Origin: Ostrea edulis
Taxonomy: Eukaryota
NCBI RefSeq assembly: GCF_947568905.1
Contig: NC_079165.1
Coordinates: forward strand, 20,398,001-20,462,000
Length of the DNA stretch: 64,000 nucleotides
Reading direction: 5' to 3'
Position 1 is the first letter of the stretch; each line of letters opens with the position of its first letter. Below are positions 1 to 13,600 of the stretch, piece after piece. The notes beneath the pieces are model-generated. The model worked only from the letters and a program-made list of their open reading frames with translations. It was not told where the DNA came from and did not search any database. Both the position numbers and the translations under genes were made by a program.

Positions 1-237
1 TTGAACTCTGTGATACCATATATACTCTATATTTATGGTATCACAGAGTTCGAGCCCATACGGGCTTACAGAGTTCGAGTCCAAACGGGCTTAGCCCTGT
101 GGTTACATGTATCAATTAGTTTTAAAAGGTTTGCAAACTTATCATACAGACTATTAGTATTTCCAAATCCCCATCCTAGAAATTACGAGATGTATCTATT
201 CTGGCAGTCGACTTAGTATTAGTCTGGTCTTTTACAG

Positions 238-3039
238 AGGTCACGTGGAGCTACGCACCGACTCCGCAATGCATCCAATTCAGTTTCCTAAAATTTACCT
301 AGAAACGATGAATGAAGGTGAAAGGTAAGACAGTGTTATGTCGGTGGAATTGAAAAAATAAATATAAATAAACCGCTGTAACGTCTTAGAATTAGTAGAA
401 TAAAGATTAAAAGGGAAATTTGATTATTTTAAATTTTCACTGAACTCAAAACGGGGGAAAACATGTTATTCACAAATAAACGAATAAATAGGATCGCAGG
501 TACATGTACTGATGTACAAGTCATGAAAATCAAAAGAAAGTTACAAAATATGATTATGAAATATAAATATAGGTGTCGCAGATTATGGAGGAATTTCCCA
601 GGGTTCCGCTGTTTGTATACCCCTGTAATACATACAACATGGATATATTTTATAATTTAATATTTAAATTTATTTGATTTGTTGCTTTCTGTAAATTAAT
701 GGGTTTTGTGTCAAGTTGAAGTTCGTTGCTTTTTTTTTTTTTTTTTTTTTTTTTTTTCTTCTTCTTCTTTGAAATAGTATAGATTCATTACAGACAAAAT
801 ATTGGGAAATGCAATAATAAAAATGTTATTCCGAAAATGAAAACAAGAGAGATGTAAATCTCCCTCACTATTGATTTTTACTTTCTTGCACTCCTGATTT
901 AGTCCAATAATTATTTTCTTTATTTGTCCGCTCTCTTTTGAAGTTATGACACCGTAAATCGTTCCCAAGCAACACTCTTTTGCCATCTGTCGATTTTCTA
1001 CCAGCACGTGAGGGTTGGTCAGAAACACTCTTGAAAGGTCGGGAAATCCGGTCCCCGTGATTGTTTTGTATTTCCATTACATTGATTCGTTAAAGATCTT
1101 TATTTTTCCCTTCAAACTTTTTTCTAAAAAAAAAAACCCACAATTTTGTATTTAAATGGCACGATGGAAACTTTTCAATTTATCAGTTTTTCATGAATAG
1201 ATTTTTTTTTTAAATTCATACATTTACTGGTATTAACGATCATTTCGAATGCCTTCAAAATGTAGGTTGATTTAGATTCGCTTTCTGAATGGATTTAGGA
1301 AATGCAGAAATATTTCTATCACTTTATATCCTATAATTACTTTATTCACCCCATTTTATGAGCGTTCTTAAGAACTTTTTGTCCTATGTAATTCTAATGT
1401 CCCTGGGGCTTTTCCAGACTGATAAAGCGTGACAAAGCCCGACCCCCTACAGAACCAAGCTACAACAGTGCCCACGTAAGAAAGAGGGAGAACCACAGGC
1501 ATGTCAAAATGTTTCTGCTTGGAAGAAACGAAAGCGTGGGTAGGTGGTTGTTCGACAGTAGAAATATCCACAGAATGGACGACGTAGATTCGCATTCAAA
1601 TCGTTACAAATGCTATTGTTTTCAACCAAAAATAAAGATTGCTCGTTACGACATTCTATCATTGTATACATTACAGGGGAGCCGGAAGTTCTTCTGGGAC
1701 TCGACACATACATGCAGACCGCCGTGTGCACGGAGAAAGTGGAAGTTTTAGTGTTAGAAATGAAGCATTACGAACGACTTTTTGTGAGGCGACATCCTAG
1801 GACTATAGAAGACATGAGAAGAATTCTGGAAGTAAAGCTAGAAACACGATTGAAACTGGTCTCTAATAAAACTGATATACCTTTTCTTTCACGTGTGAAA
1901 ACGAAATTAAATATGATGAATAATCCACAACCTCTTGTCAAAAAGGAAAAAGAGCTCCCCTCGCAGAAAATGGCAGAGAGGGAATTTCTTAATCATAAAG
2001 GACCGCTTATTGACATGTACGGCCCTGGGAGTGTGTTTTACATGATACGAGTGCGCGAAAAAACCAAAGTTAAGGGATTTAGTCCTAGAGAGAAACGGAA
2101 ACCTCTCTATAGCAGCAAGGATTCCAACGACAACGAGCATTTACATGCAATCAAGGTCCCGCAAACTCTAGTGTTGGCTGCTCAGATGGCAGGCGCCAAG
2201 AAAGACAGGGAAGTGCTTTTTGACAGAAACGAAATTGAAACTACCTCGGTACGTGCCCCTAGTTCAAAGGCGAATCACATGGGGCCCAAGTCTTTCCGAA
2301 GAATACAAAGTGCAATGAAACCAGACGAGGAACCAATGAACACAAATTCAGACTTTTTTGATTTCGATGACGATAAAGAGACAAGCAGGTCATGGCCAAA
2401 CGAGACTAGATATGGAACAACGGTGTCCTTTATGGATGCTGAGGATGACGTCAGCTTGTCTAAACTCGAAAATAAAGTCCGAAGTTGGCTGAGTTATGGC
2501 AATCCAAAAAGTGGACCTCAGGTGGCTCAGCTGCGACGCCTTGCGGTTGAAGTATGTGTGTTTTAAAACGTAGCTGTATTTCTGATATAAAGTAATCCTA
2601 CTAATAATGACAAAATATATCCGATAGCATTATCTCTTGCCGCACTACATACTGTGTAACTGGTATGTACGTGCAAGGGATTGTGAGTAATATTTACGTC
2701 ACTTGCAAAATACTGTAAGAGTGTAGGCTAAAGCCTAGTTTGCTATGGTTACTAGAAAGATAGTGGCTAATTTTGGGTCAACGGCTAGCAGACCCATAAA
2801 TGATATGTACAATCTATTTAGAACTTCTATTATATCAACAAAAATACTGAACTCTTTTTCCCCGTTGACAGGAACTGGAAACCATACCAAAACCTGGAAA
2901 TAGGGTGGTGGTGCACAAGCGCAGTCGTTCTACTCACAGTTCAAGCAGCGGAAATGAAGCCGACAGCACGGTTTCCAAGAAAGAATCACCTCGACAGGAA
3001 GAGAAATTCGACAAATACCGAATTCTCCTCGCTCATTAG
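238..3039 (+). CDS. 3' portion of a cyclic nucleotide-binding domain protein gene (CNBD2-like); exons 238-324, 1418-1539, 1677-2551, 2872-3039; 5' exons lie upstream of the window
   Basis: GT-AG junction phases match (2,1,0). The joined peptide GHVELRTD...MFLLGRNESVG|EPEVLLGLDTYMQTAVCTEKVEVLVLEMKHYERLF resembles a cNMP-binding beta-barrel (GE..LL motif, then A.C.E.VEVLVL). The last exon ELETIPKPG...YRILLAH ends at TAG 3037-3039. Confidence 0.8.
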
Positions 3040-3191
3040 ATGAGCTTACCAAAAGATATTTACTAATTTTTCTTCTAATATGATAGCATACATATCAATT
3101 ACCTGCAATATACCCCAACCTATTTCTGTTTTGTTATCTAGGTATGCCCAAACATGGTTCTCGAATTTCCTTCGTTCTCTAGGTTAACCAA

Positions 3192-3203
3192 TTTATTAAT
3201 AAA
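3192..3203. promoter_or_regulatory. Palindromic TTTATTAATAAA giving an AATAAA poly(A) signal on both strands between two convergent genes
   Basis: Perfect 12-bp palindrome, about 150 nt after the + gene stop (3039) and about 270 nt after the - gene stop (3472). Confidence 0.45.
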
Positions 3204-3471
3204 CCATGCAAAAGAAAACACATTTACATATGCAAAATATTTCTAAAATATACAACGAATACAGTGATCAAGTGATTATATCATGTACAATGGTTAAATA
3301 AATATATATAATACTGCTTTCAGAATACTGTAATATTATCGGTAGACTAATAGTCTCGGTAGCCAAAGATGAATGGTATATCGTTATGAAAAATTGTAAA
3401 ATCAATCACTCCATAATTAAATGTCATTCCTGAAATGTTGATTGCGTTGTCTTGTGTTTCAGAATGTTTAT

Positions 3472-6400
3472 CTAGATTGTTATTTTGTTTCCGAGCGCGT
3501 TTTCTGTGCTGTGTCCAAACGTATTGCCATGTCGGAACTTCTGACCTACAAAAGCGAAAATTATAATTGAGGTAAACGTTCACAAGAGCCTGAATCATTC
3601 ACCTGGCTTCAATAACAGTCTCGTTTAAAGTCAGCATATTTCGCAAATTCTATACGGTCTAGTTTGCCAGTACAACCTGTCATTGGGTCAAATGCTGTCT
3701 GACGTGTTTCATACCCATTGTTAGACCGTTCTTGACACACTGATTCTGACTACGGATTACTACGTTTCCCTGATCAAGATGTCATAGGGCTCAAGGTGGG
3801 TGTGACCGGTCGACAGGTGATGTTTAACTACTCCTAGGCACCTGATCCCACCTCTGGTATATCCAGGGGTCCGTGTTTTGCCCAACTCTCTATTTTGTAT
3901 TCCCTATTGTAGTTAGGAGATTGATCACAAGCCAGCCCCTCTATAAGTTAGGTCGTTGCTTGTTTTCCGTCCCTTCGAATGTTTTTCCACTAATATCAAA
4001 AGGTCGCCAGCTGTAGGTGAAGCGCCAGAAATTTAATTTTCTACGTGGCACCCAGGACCGTAGCTGTGAGGGTTCTTTATTACGCCACTAAATGGGCCCT
4101 CAGTTTATAAAGTCTCGCCAAAACGACACGCGGCTCTCGCTTCTAAATGACGAGCGTTTGGCGGAGGAGCAGTCGCCACATATTTTTACGTCATGGGTTT
4201 ATGACGCAGCCAAGGCATGCAAGGAATGACATACTTTTAGATATTCATGAAATCTCCTTTTCGACTTGAAAACTCCTATGCAGCCATGCAGATCGCTTCA
4301 AAAGTAACAACTTTTCTGCAGGATCACTGAGATACATTTGTACTACGTATCGTATAAGTTTCGGTGACCTTAGTGATAAACCGCGATTTTCTCATTAATC
4401 ACTTGGATTAAATAAATAAATAATACTCCTACCATTAAAGTAATTAAATTCCTTTACATTCATCCAAAAATTCCAACTCCGTTGGTACGTTAATTGAATA
4501 TATTTTCGTAACAAAAAACATGTCACTTTGTGGTCCTAAAACGGTGACGTCACCTATTTCGGTGATCATTGTTAATATAGGTTTACCAAAAGTTTGTAAC
4601 TGTTAAAACGTATATACAGGAAAAATGTGCAACTAAACGTCAATGAATAAAATAATATAGTGTAAATTTCTAGACTGCTGGTATACTTTATATCAATTTG
4701 AAGGTTTCCTTGAAAAAGTAATAAGTAAATGGGCTTATTTTTGGGGTGCTCGTGTTGATTTTTTGCATACTCTCCTTCTAGTGGTTCATTTTCGGAAAAA
4801 AATTGAAGACGCACTCTATATAGGTTTGCAAACACTACGGCGATCTACACCCGGAAACGACAACGCGAACACGTAAACAAAAGGTCACCGATTCTGGTCA
4901 GTCACCGAAATAGGGCAGTCGACGATATATGTATGATGACTTGGACAAAGAAGTAGTGGAGAAGTCGATTTGTCTCGTCGAATAGCTTCAAAAACCAACA
5001 ACACTTCCGAGAGGCAACTAGAAAAACGTTTGAACAAATTATGATGATATGGAGATGCATCCATTTTCCGTTTCATTGTTTCAGAAACGTAGCCTAAGCG
5101 GTAGCATGCCCGCTTCGTGATCGGAAATCGTGAGTTTGAGCTCCGACCGCGTCATACATATATACGTAGCGACTGTTCCTTTTCCATGGGCTCGGAACTG
5201 GAAGTGAATGTCGCGGTAGTGACCGCCTTCCGGGTGACACCTTAACAATCTAGGTATCGCACCACAGTAGACGACGGCACAATAAAGAAATTCGCTGGTT
5301 GCGCATAGCATGGTCAGACACCCCATAAAGCTGGTGACGTATCTTCATGTGTAAAAGTTGTACACCTACATCCAACCAACCGCACCCCTAACCCAATCCA
5401 ACCAACCTCATCCCTAAACTAATCCAATCAACTTCACCCCTAAACTAATCCAACCAACCTCACTCCTAAACTAATCCAACCAACGTCATCCCTAAACTAA
5501 TCCAACCAACCTCACTCCTAAACTAATCCAACCAACGCCATCCCTAAACTAATCCAACCAACCTCACTCCTTAACTAATCCAACCAACCCCATACCTAAA
5601 CCAATCCAACCAACGCCATCCCTAAACTAATCCAACCAACCCCATACCTAAACCAATCCAACCAACGCCATCCCTTAACTAATCCAACCAACCCCATACC
5701 TAAACCAATCCAACCAACGCCATCCCTAAACTAAAACAACCAACCCCATCTCTAAACTAATCCAACCAACCCCATCCCTAAACTAATCCAACCAACGCCA
5801 TCCCTAAACTAATCCAACCAACCTCACTCCTAAACTAATCCAACCAAGCTCACTCCTAAACTAATCCAACCAACCTCACTCCTAAACTAATCCAACCAAC
5901 CTCACTCCTAAACTAATCCAATCAACCTCACTCCTAAACTAATCCAAACTAATCCAACCAACCTCACTCCTAAACTAATCCAACCAACCTCACTCCTAAA
6001 CTAATCCAATCAACCTCACTCCTAAACTAATCCAACCAACGCCATCCTTAAACTAATCCAACCAACGCCATCCCTAAATTAATCCATCCAACCTTATCCC
6101 TAAACCAATCCAACCAACCTCACTCCTAAACTAATCCAACCAACCCCATCCCTAAACTAATCCAACCAACCCCATCCCTAAACTAATCCAACCAACCTCA
6201 TCCCTAAACTAATACAACCAACCTCACTCCTAAACCAATCCAATCAACCTCATCCCTAAACTAATCCAACCAACCTCACTCCTAAACTAATCCAATCAAC
6301 CTCACTCCTAAACTAATCCATCCAACCTCATCCCTAAACTAATCCAACCAACCCCATCCCTAAACTAATCCAACCAACGCCACCCCTAAACTAATCCAAC

Positions 6401-9400
6401 CAGCCTCATCCCTAAATCAGAAGATTTTTATCTAGCGTTGATCTCGAGGAACACAGAAGAACTTATGAAGAAAAATTTCAAAATGGTATGCTGCATTGAT
6501 AGATTCTTTTTTACCATAAAAAGGAATTTAGCTTTATACTTAATTAACATTTACTAGTATTCTGATTTACACTATAGATAGAATATGGCTTATTTTGTGG
6601 GGTCACAGCTATGTACTTGTTAATGCGGGAATTAATAGTTTTGGTTTTGGTTATATAAACGTCTAAATTATTTCCTTGCTTTGTACATACAGCCTATAAA
6701 ACGCAAAGTCATTGTTTCATCAGTCGTTAAAAAGATTATCGGTTCACTTTCATCAACGTTTATAAAAATTATTCATACCTGGAACATGTCCTGTGTAATG
6801 GGGGACAATTCCCGTTTCTTTCAGGTAAATAGGTTTACCATCCCTCAATTGAGTGGTGGGTCTAGCAAAATTAACGCTCTTTGAAGCTGGAACTGATTGA
6901 GATCGGAGATCGTCTGTGAATTCATTGAGAGCTAGGTGTGTTGTCATTGGATAACTCATTCCCACCTGGCCGCGACTTCGGGGAACAAATCCCGAATAAC
7001 CTACGTAATGGAGATTTTAAAACCAGATGTTTAAACTAAGCATAGACACATATATACATCATACATCTTCTGCAATGTATTCATCCGATAAAATGCATCG
7101 GGTGTAACTTAAACTTACCTGATATAAAATTCTTCCATGGACTGTCATTCTCTAAGTAATACGGCGACAAAGATGGAAGAGCGGTGTGTTTGGAGACAAA
7201 GGGTTTGGGTTCCCTCGCAATAGGTTGTAAAGGGGTAAGGTATCTACTGCGTATATCCTAAAACATCAAATGATGACAGAATATCAAATTACTTCATCCC
7301 AACGGACAAAGGCACGTTATGTTATACGATGACATAGATTGATTGTTCGCTGTTTTACGTCCCGTCGAAATTTTTTTTTACTCATTTTGAGACGTGACCA
7401 GCTGTAGGTGAAGTACATGTACCACTTTAGATCTACATGTATGCTCAGCGCTCAGGGCTATAGCAGTGCGGGTTCTTTAACGTTCCAACGCCTGCCGTCT
7501 CAGAGAGACCCGTAATTCTTACTCTCGTGCAACCAGACGCTCGGTTGTCTCCGTAAATCTCCGACGAGCAGATAGTCTTATAAAGACTCACGATAACGAT
7601 TGTAACATCAGATAATAACTGTTACCGCTAGAGAACGCTAATTCAGTTTCGGTTTGATTCTCTCTAACATAAACAGTCAATTCCGAGTTTTGATGTTAAT
7701 TAGTTGATCCTTCATTAATGATACTAATGGGTAAATCATTACTGACGTACAATAGGAAAACTGCAATCGTTGTCAGCTGGAAATTGTACTTTCACTTTTG
7801 CCTCCCAAAGTAATTTTGGTATTTAAAATTGAATACAAAACGGTTTTACCATATCCCGTAGGTAGAACTGCAAATAAATCCTTTCCTTTTTTAACAGTTT
7901 TTAAACGCTCTAGTTGTAAATACTTAAGCTTAAACGGCAAATTCCATCTATTACAAATTTCTGGAGGTATTTAGGAATCAACCAATCAAATTAAATACCG
8001 ATATTTTGGTTAGCCTCGTTCTGACGTTACAAACATTATCTTATCGTTGAGTCTTTACTAGACTCTCTGCTTGTCGGAGATTTGCGGAAACAGCAGAGTG
8101 TTTGGTTGAACGAGACTGTTCTGAATACCATCTTGAATTTGACGCGACTATGGCACGAGCGGGGCTCGAACTCATGACCTCCCGGTTACGAACGCTCTAC
8201 CACTGAGCTACCGCAACCGGTTACGATAGTTCGATGCCGCAATTAGATTAACATAAACAATGAGGCCCAGTATCCAAGTAAATGCCAAAACATTAAGGAT
8301 CGTCATGTAGTATATATTCAACACCCAACACCCCTCCCAAACCAGAAGCCCTAACAGGTTCACAATAGGAATTTCTTTTACAGAGGAATGTAATGATGTG
8401 AAAATTCAAATTCTTTAAAAATATTTTCAACATGAACAATGCGTGTAGTCAAATAAAGAAATAAAGCACCCTCGTATAGAGTAGATTCAATTTTGTTCGA
8501 ATTTTAATCCCAAGACCCAGGGCAGCGCCATGATGTGGATTCCTAAAAATTAAAAAAATATTCCGAACACCTCTAGGGTACAATTTGTATCCAATATCCA
8601 AGAACGCTCATGTAGTTTACATTCAAGTTTGATCGAAACATGACCCCCGCAGTCACGGCGGTTTTTAAATTTTGCATAGGAATGTATGTTGGATATACAT
8701 ATTTAACGGAGATATCCAAGGATCTATAATTATGTACATGTCATATAGGAGAAGATTTATACATATCATAACCTACCACCACTTAGCCAAGATTGAGCTA
8801 GAGATCCAAAAATCACCTCTTGCAATCATTTGGAATCTTTAAAAGCCACAAAATAATTGCGATTTGTCAAGGTGATATGCAAATATTCTGAGACATGTAT
8901 GGGCGGCGGAAAGGGTAAAAAAAAAGACGTTAATGAAAAACAAACAAACAATTTTCAAAAACACTAAAATACAAAACAAACCAGCTTAAAATAAAATCAA
9001 CAGACTCCCTTGCAAAACCAACGATCATCGATGCCAAATCAACAGTCATTAACTGAATTGTCGCTAGATGGCGTGCAAAAAAAAACAACCCAGACACTAT
9101 CTGAATTAACGCTAGATGGCGCGGGATAATTGTTGGTCTTTTTTACCCTTTCCACAGCCCAGACATGCAGTGTCCCAGTATTAGTTGTCCAGTGACTGTA
9201 AGGTCTTGGCGTACTGTTGGACTTTTATACTAAAACTTTTGAGTCTCATTTGTGTATGGCGAGGATGACTCGGGTGAACGTTATGACCCATTAACATCTT
9301 GTATTTACCCCAAACCAGTCTACGATTTATCACCCTTGTAACGCGAATGCTGAACGTTCCTCTTACCGGAAGTCTTAATGAATTTCCTTGTGGTACAGGG

Positions 9401-12400
9401 CTTCCGGTTTGAAGAGCAGTTGTAAGTTTCAGTTCATTTCTCTTGTCTACGTGTGCCTGTTGATCTTCATTAAAATCTTCAATGGCGTTTTTACAGTTGA
9501 GTGAAAAACTGTTCCCAAAGTAGTGCTGGCCCTTCGGTATAAACCCTAGAAGATATTAATGTTAGTTTTCAGAACTTAAAAAGTGAGCGTCAAAAATGAT
9601 GTATTTGATTACTAGAAAGTAGAAAATCTTATTATTTCACTGAATTTCAACATAAAATTGAAGACATATCTATATGCCAGAATGTAGGAATATATGAGTA
9701 CAGGGGAAAATTCATGGTAGAGGTATATTTTAAGAAAAAATTAAATATGATTATAATATGCCGATTATAGTCTCCCAAACGAAGTACAACTGGCTGTGTA
9801 AAAATGGGCTTTTCCTGAGTACTATACAATAATAATGATGATGCAAAAAATAATATAATACTAATAATAAAATTCATATAGGGCCTTATATATAACAAAT
9901 TACTCTGAGGCGCTTTACAAGGGTAAGAAGAGAATAAATCACAATTAAATGAAATGAAATGACAATATGGCATATCATCTTATATCAGTAAAATTACCAA
10001 AATAAAACACTATAAATAAGACCAATTGCTAAAGTACCCCCCCCCCCCCCACACACACACACATTAATTAACTCCCATGCACAAAATCCATGCCAATTTT
10101 AATTTTATTTTTAAAATTTAGATCGCAAATACCTTGATTTTGAAAATTTTCAAAAAATCCCTTTTTTTCCTTCAGTAAAACTAGTGTCACTTGACCTTGA
10201 TCCTAGTTTGTAGGTCCCTACATTCTCTCATTGTTTCTGAAGATCACATGTCTAACAGCCCCGGTTCTAAGTTTATATGACCAAGGTTAAAAATCAAGGT
10301 CACTGGAATCACTTGACCTTGAAACTAATTCTTAGATGCCATCATCCTTTCATCATTTCTGAAGATTCCATGTCTGCATCTTGATACTAGTTTATACGTC
10401 CTATCATCCTCTTATTATTTCTGAAGATCCCATGTCGCTATTAGTCCTGGGTTCATGGTTAGAGGTCAAGGTCATTGGAGTTATTGACCTTAATACTAGT
10501 TTGTAGGCCCTGGCAGGCTCTCCTCAGGAACTAAGGACTTTATCTATCATATAGGTCAAGTTATATCTGTTCAATTTTGAAATTAATTTTCCCCATAGAG
10601 TTCTATCTTACACCCCACCCCCATTTGATCCCCCTAAACATTTATCCTAACCCCCTTCAATCTGAAAACAAAAACATTTCTGCACAACTAGATACATTAG
10701 CTTATATCTTTGAATATCTATTAACAACAACAAACGGAAGAAGGATAAGAACCGAGCAAAAACAATAAGTCTCCAAACTTCGTTTTGGAGACTTAATTTC
10801 ATGTACATGTACAAACTGTTTTTTACAGTATAATTACGGAAGATTGTTGGCGTCAGGTGAGAAAACTATTGTATATAGTGGCCGCCAGATAACTATTTTT
10901 CTCTCTTGGAACCAACCTGGTTTCAAACATAATTGTTTAAGTATGCACTGTCTTCATAATGTAACAAATGTTCTTTAATGAAACAAAATACTTTATACCA
11001 GCACTTTGATAATTCTTAAGAATTGTTTGAAGAAAAAAGTTTTAGTTACCGGCATATCCAGGCACCATTTTATCTACTAGTTTCTGGTCTCCCAAGCCCT
11101 GGGCCCGTTTCTTCAGTAGCCTGGTATTGGAGGCGGAGTCCGGCCTCACGGGTTTAATATCTTTGAGAACTAATTTACCAGAAGTCACCACTCTGGAGTC
11201 CTTCAATAACTTATTGGTGGTCTTCCCGAAGGTTTCACCTAACTGGAATTTAAACTGGGGACAAAACCCGCCATATCTGTAAACACAAGGTAAACTCTTA
11301 ATTGTTAGTTTCATTTGAACAATTAACGACACAGATCAAGATAAGCTTCTTTTTTTCGCTAATTCTAAAACACAGAGACAATGGCACACTGTGGATCAAT
11401 GACGTGCTCGCTGTGCATACGGCGTGTGGTTATTTGACAACTTTCCAGATTCTCGAGTTAGTGATATGCATACCGATACAAATATTCTGGTCACTCTCAC
11501 ATCATTTCTGATTTTTGTTTGCTTTTAAAACGTTCTACTTAGCTATAAATGATTATACTTAATTCGTCATATACATGTATATTAGAATTTCATACGAAAT
11601 CATTTTCAGTAATATAGTACTTGAAATTCCATTATAGTTGTACAAGTTCCAGAGATGAACTTCTCGATATAGTTCGATTAGCCGGAGACGTCGGCTTTCC
11701 CAGTGCTCGATTATAGACGCGTGGTCTGTGTTATTCGGTATAGCCTTCCTCACATCCATCAGCACTGAACATCCGCATATCCATTTGCTTTTACGGGTAC
11801 ATCAATAAACTTGTGAGAGTGTACTCATGGAAACCTCAATACCGTAAAAGATTCAATACAGTGTTAAAGTGCCAAGACTGAAAATGGCTGGATGTAGATT
11901 TAAAAATAATCGTATTCATTGAATGTATTCATATCGTGATTGTCCAAAAAAAAAACACATCGTAGGTCATCATGCAAACTTAATGAAAAGAAAGACTCAA
12001 GCAAGTTTTTATGTGATGGAAATGAATGTTTGCCAGTTGTAAATTTTTCAATTTCTTCAGAATAGGTGTTTCTGACTAGTTAGGACAAAACTCCGCCTTT
12101 TCTTCAAAAACACTGTACGCTGTATAAAAGTATTGTATACTGTATATAAAAATACTGTACGCTGTATAAAAATATTGTACGCTGTATATTAAAATACTGT
12201 ACGCTGTATATAAAAATACTGTACGTTGTATATAAAAATACTTTACGCTGTACATGTATATAAAAATACTGCACGCTGTATATAATTGATAATGATACGT
12301 ATTCGAAGACGGTGGCTTCTGACTATGGCTGGGATAAAGCTGAACATTTTCATAAAATAGTCAATTTTCCAGTCATCAGCCCTGGCGAAAATTGTTTTTC

Positions 12401-13600
12401 TAGTGACTCTGAATAGGACATGCTACTAATACATTGAAAGTCAAAGGTCCCGATCCGTTGCTCTCATCTTCACCCATGGCAGATTTAGTCGGAATAATGA
12501 TGTCATGCAAACAAGATCCGACAGAGAGTGCTGCGTGGTATTCAGCTGAATGTTGTGGACCGAGTAGCTCTTGTTTCTTTATTCATTTAATCATCTTTGA
12601 ATATGCTTACGAGTAAAAGGACTTGGGAAGGTTTTTCATCATGGATTTCAATAATACTTTTTTCAATGACAGTGGTTTTTCTGTATCAAGTCCACATGGA
12701 CCGATGCCTGTACTCATTATCTCCCCTCTGAGTTGTTTATCTTTAACGGAAGTTCACGTGTGGAATATCGGCGTAAGGAACAATGAATTAAAGCTCAAAA
12801 ATGTCTCACCCCTCAACTTGCAACAGAAATTACGGCACATCAGTGAAACCCCGTTTCATTACGGTTTGAAACAAAATCAATCTGAATATCGATATACATA
12901 TTCCCCTCGTATGAAAAACATGGAAAGTCTTTATTGGATTTTCAAATACACAGTATTTAAATGACATGAATAAGATTTGTTCTCAGTGGGCATATTGATT
13001 TCAAAACCAAACACAATTGAAATTAATACAGTTTCTCTCCCAGGCGAAGATTTTTTTTCTCGATTCACTGTGCACCGCAAAATTCAGTCAATACTTATCA
13101 ATGCGGTCGGTCAATGGGTCATTAGTGCTTAATTTGCCCCTTAAACATTTAATGAATAAAATTCTACATTCTGTTATTGCTTTTTTCATATGTGTATTTA
13201 AATATTCTAATCCAACGAGTGATAGTATTATGGACGTCGGTTTCTACTATAAATATTTATGCATTAGATATGTTTCCATTGTCACCAAGATTTTACACAG
13301 ACAATAAACAAAATGAAATTTATATATTTATTCCTCATATCCTTGGAAACCTTATTCACCGGCTGTCTTAGCGTGCAAATGTTTGCAAATATTGTATACT
13401 ATCTGCTTATATTTGCATAAAGAAAAAAAATTCCTGCTCATTTGATCGAAATAGTTTGCAATCAGTTTTGCGTACCATTACCCCACAGTAAATATTCTGC
13501 TAATTAAAAACGCTTTGTTAATTATGAATCATATGTAATTAACTTACCCGGGTGTGTGATATGGATCCGGGGTCATCAGGATACTTTTTCCGACTGGCAT
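3472..13600 (-). CDS. FAM166B: FAM166/CIMIP2-family ciliary microtubule inner protein, 297 aa; exons 13600-13548, 11276-11050, 9545-9367, 7257-7119, 7000-6779, 3545-3472
   Basis: Six exons with canonical GT-AG sites and consistent phases sum to 894 nt, from ATG (MPVGKSILMTPDPYHTPG) to TAG. It carries the repeated PGY-type motifs of the family: PGYGGFCPQFKFQLGETFG, PGYAGFIPKGQHYFG, SGYSGFVPRSRG, PHYTGHVPGQKFRHGNTFGHST. The paralog label (A/B/C) is uncertain. Confidence 0.88.
3608..3928 (+). mobile_element. 3' fragment of a Penelope-like retroelement (same family as 21700-23176)
   Basis: Matches the RT C-terminus and 3' UTR at 22840-23155 (cgtttaaagtcagc, gtctgacgtgtttcatacc, cctgatcaagat, cccaactctctattttgtat). 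Confidence 0.75.
3960..4215 (-). mobile_element. SINE-like repeat body (related copy at about 7345-7500)
   Basis: Shares the ccagctgtaggtgaag...gagggttcttta core with 7395-7480. It ends in tgacgcagccaaggcatg, which in other copies (8140, 55460) leads into a tRNA-like head. Confidence 0.45.
4348..4927. mobile_element. About 600-bp MITE-like element with imperfect TIRs (copy 1; left TIR degraded)
   Basis: Close match to 32433-33032 over its whole length. Right end is gtcaccgaaatagggcagtcgacgata. Confidence 0.75.
5370..6417. repeat. 26-bp minisatellite (CCTAAACTAATCCAACCAACCTCACT and variants), about 40 copies, in the last FAM166 intron
   Basis: 26-bp period read directly (cctaaa at 5465 and 5491). 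The + strand is almost free of G. Confidence 0.95.
8140..8222 (-). mobile_element. tRNA-derived SINE head
   Basis: The reverse complement has an A-box (TAGCTCAGTGGTAGAGC) and a B-box (GTTCGAGCC) but no complete cloverleaf. A related copy lies at about 55460-55530. Confidence 0.6.
12110..12282. repeat. 22-23-bp tandem repeat (AAAATACTGTACGCTGTATATA), about 8 copies
   Basis: Periodicity read directly. Confidence 0.85.

Noticed and set aside
711-1028. 105-aa ORF with a poly-Lys tail
   Set aside because: The tail comes from an intronic poly(T) tract; no coding signal.
8140-8222. Possible tRNA genes (also at about 55460, 57640 and 61130)
   Set aside because: They have A/B boxes but no complete cloverleaf or acceptor stem, and they continue into repeat bodies, so they are SINE heads.
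11559-12964. Short ORFs in FAM166 intron 1 (11559-11765, 12434-12616, 12623-12964)
   Set aside because: No recognisable motifs or phase-consistent splice partners; possibly a decayed element.
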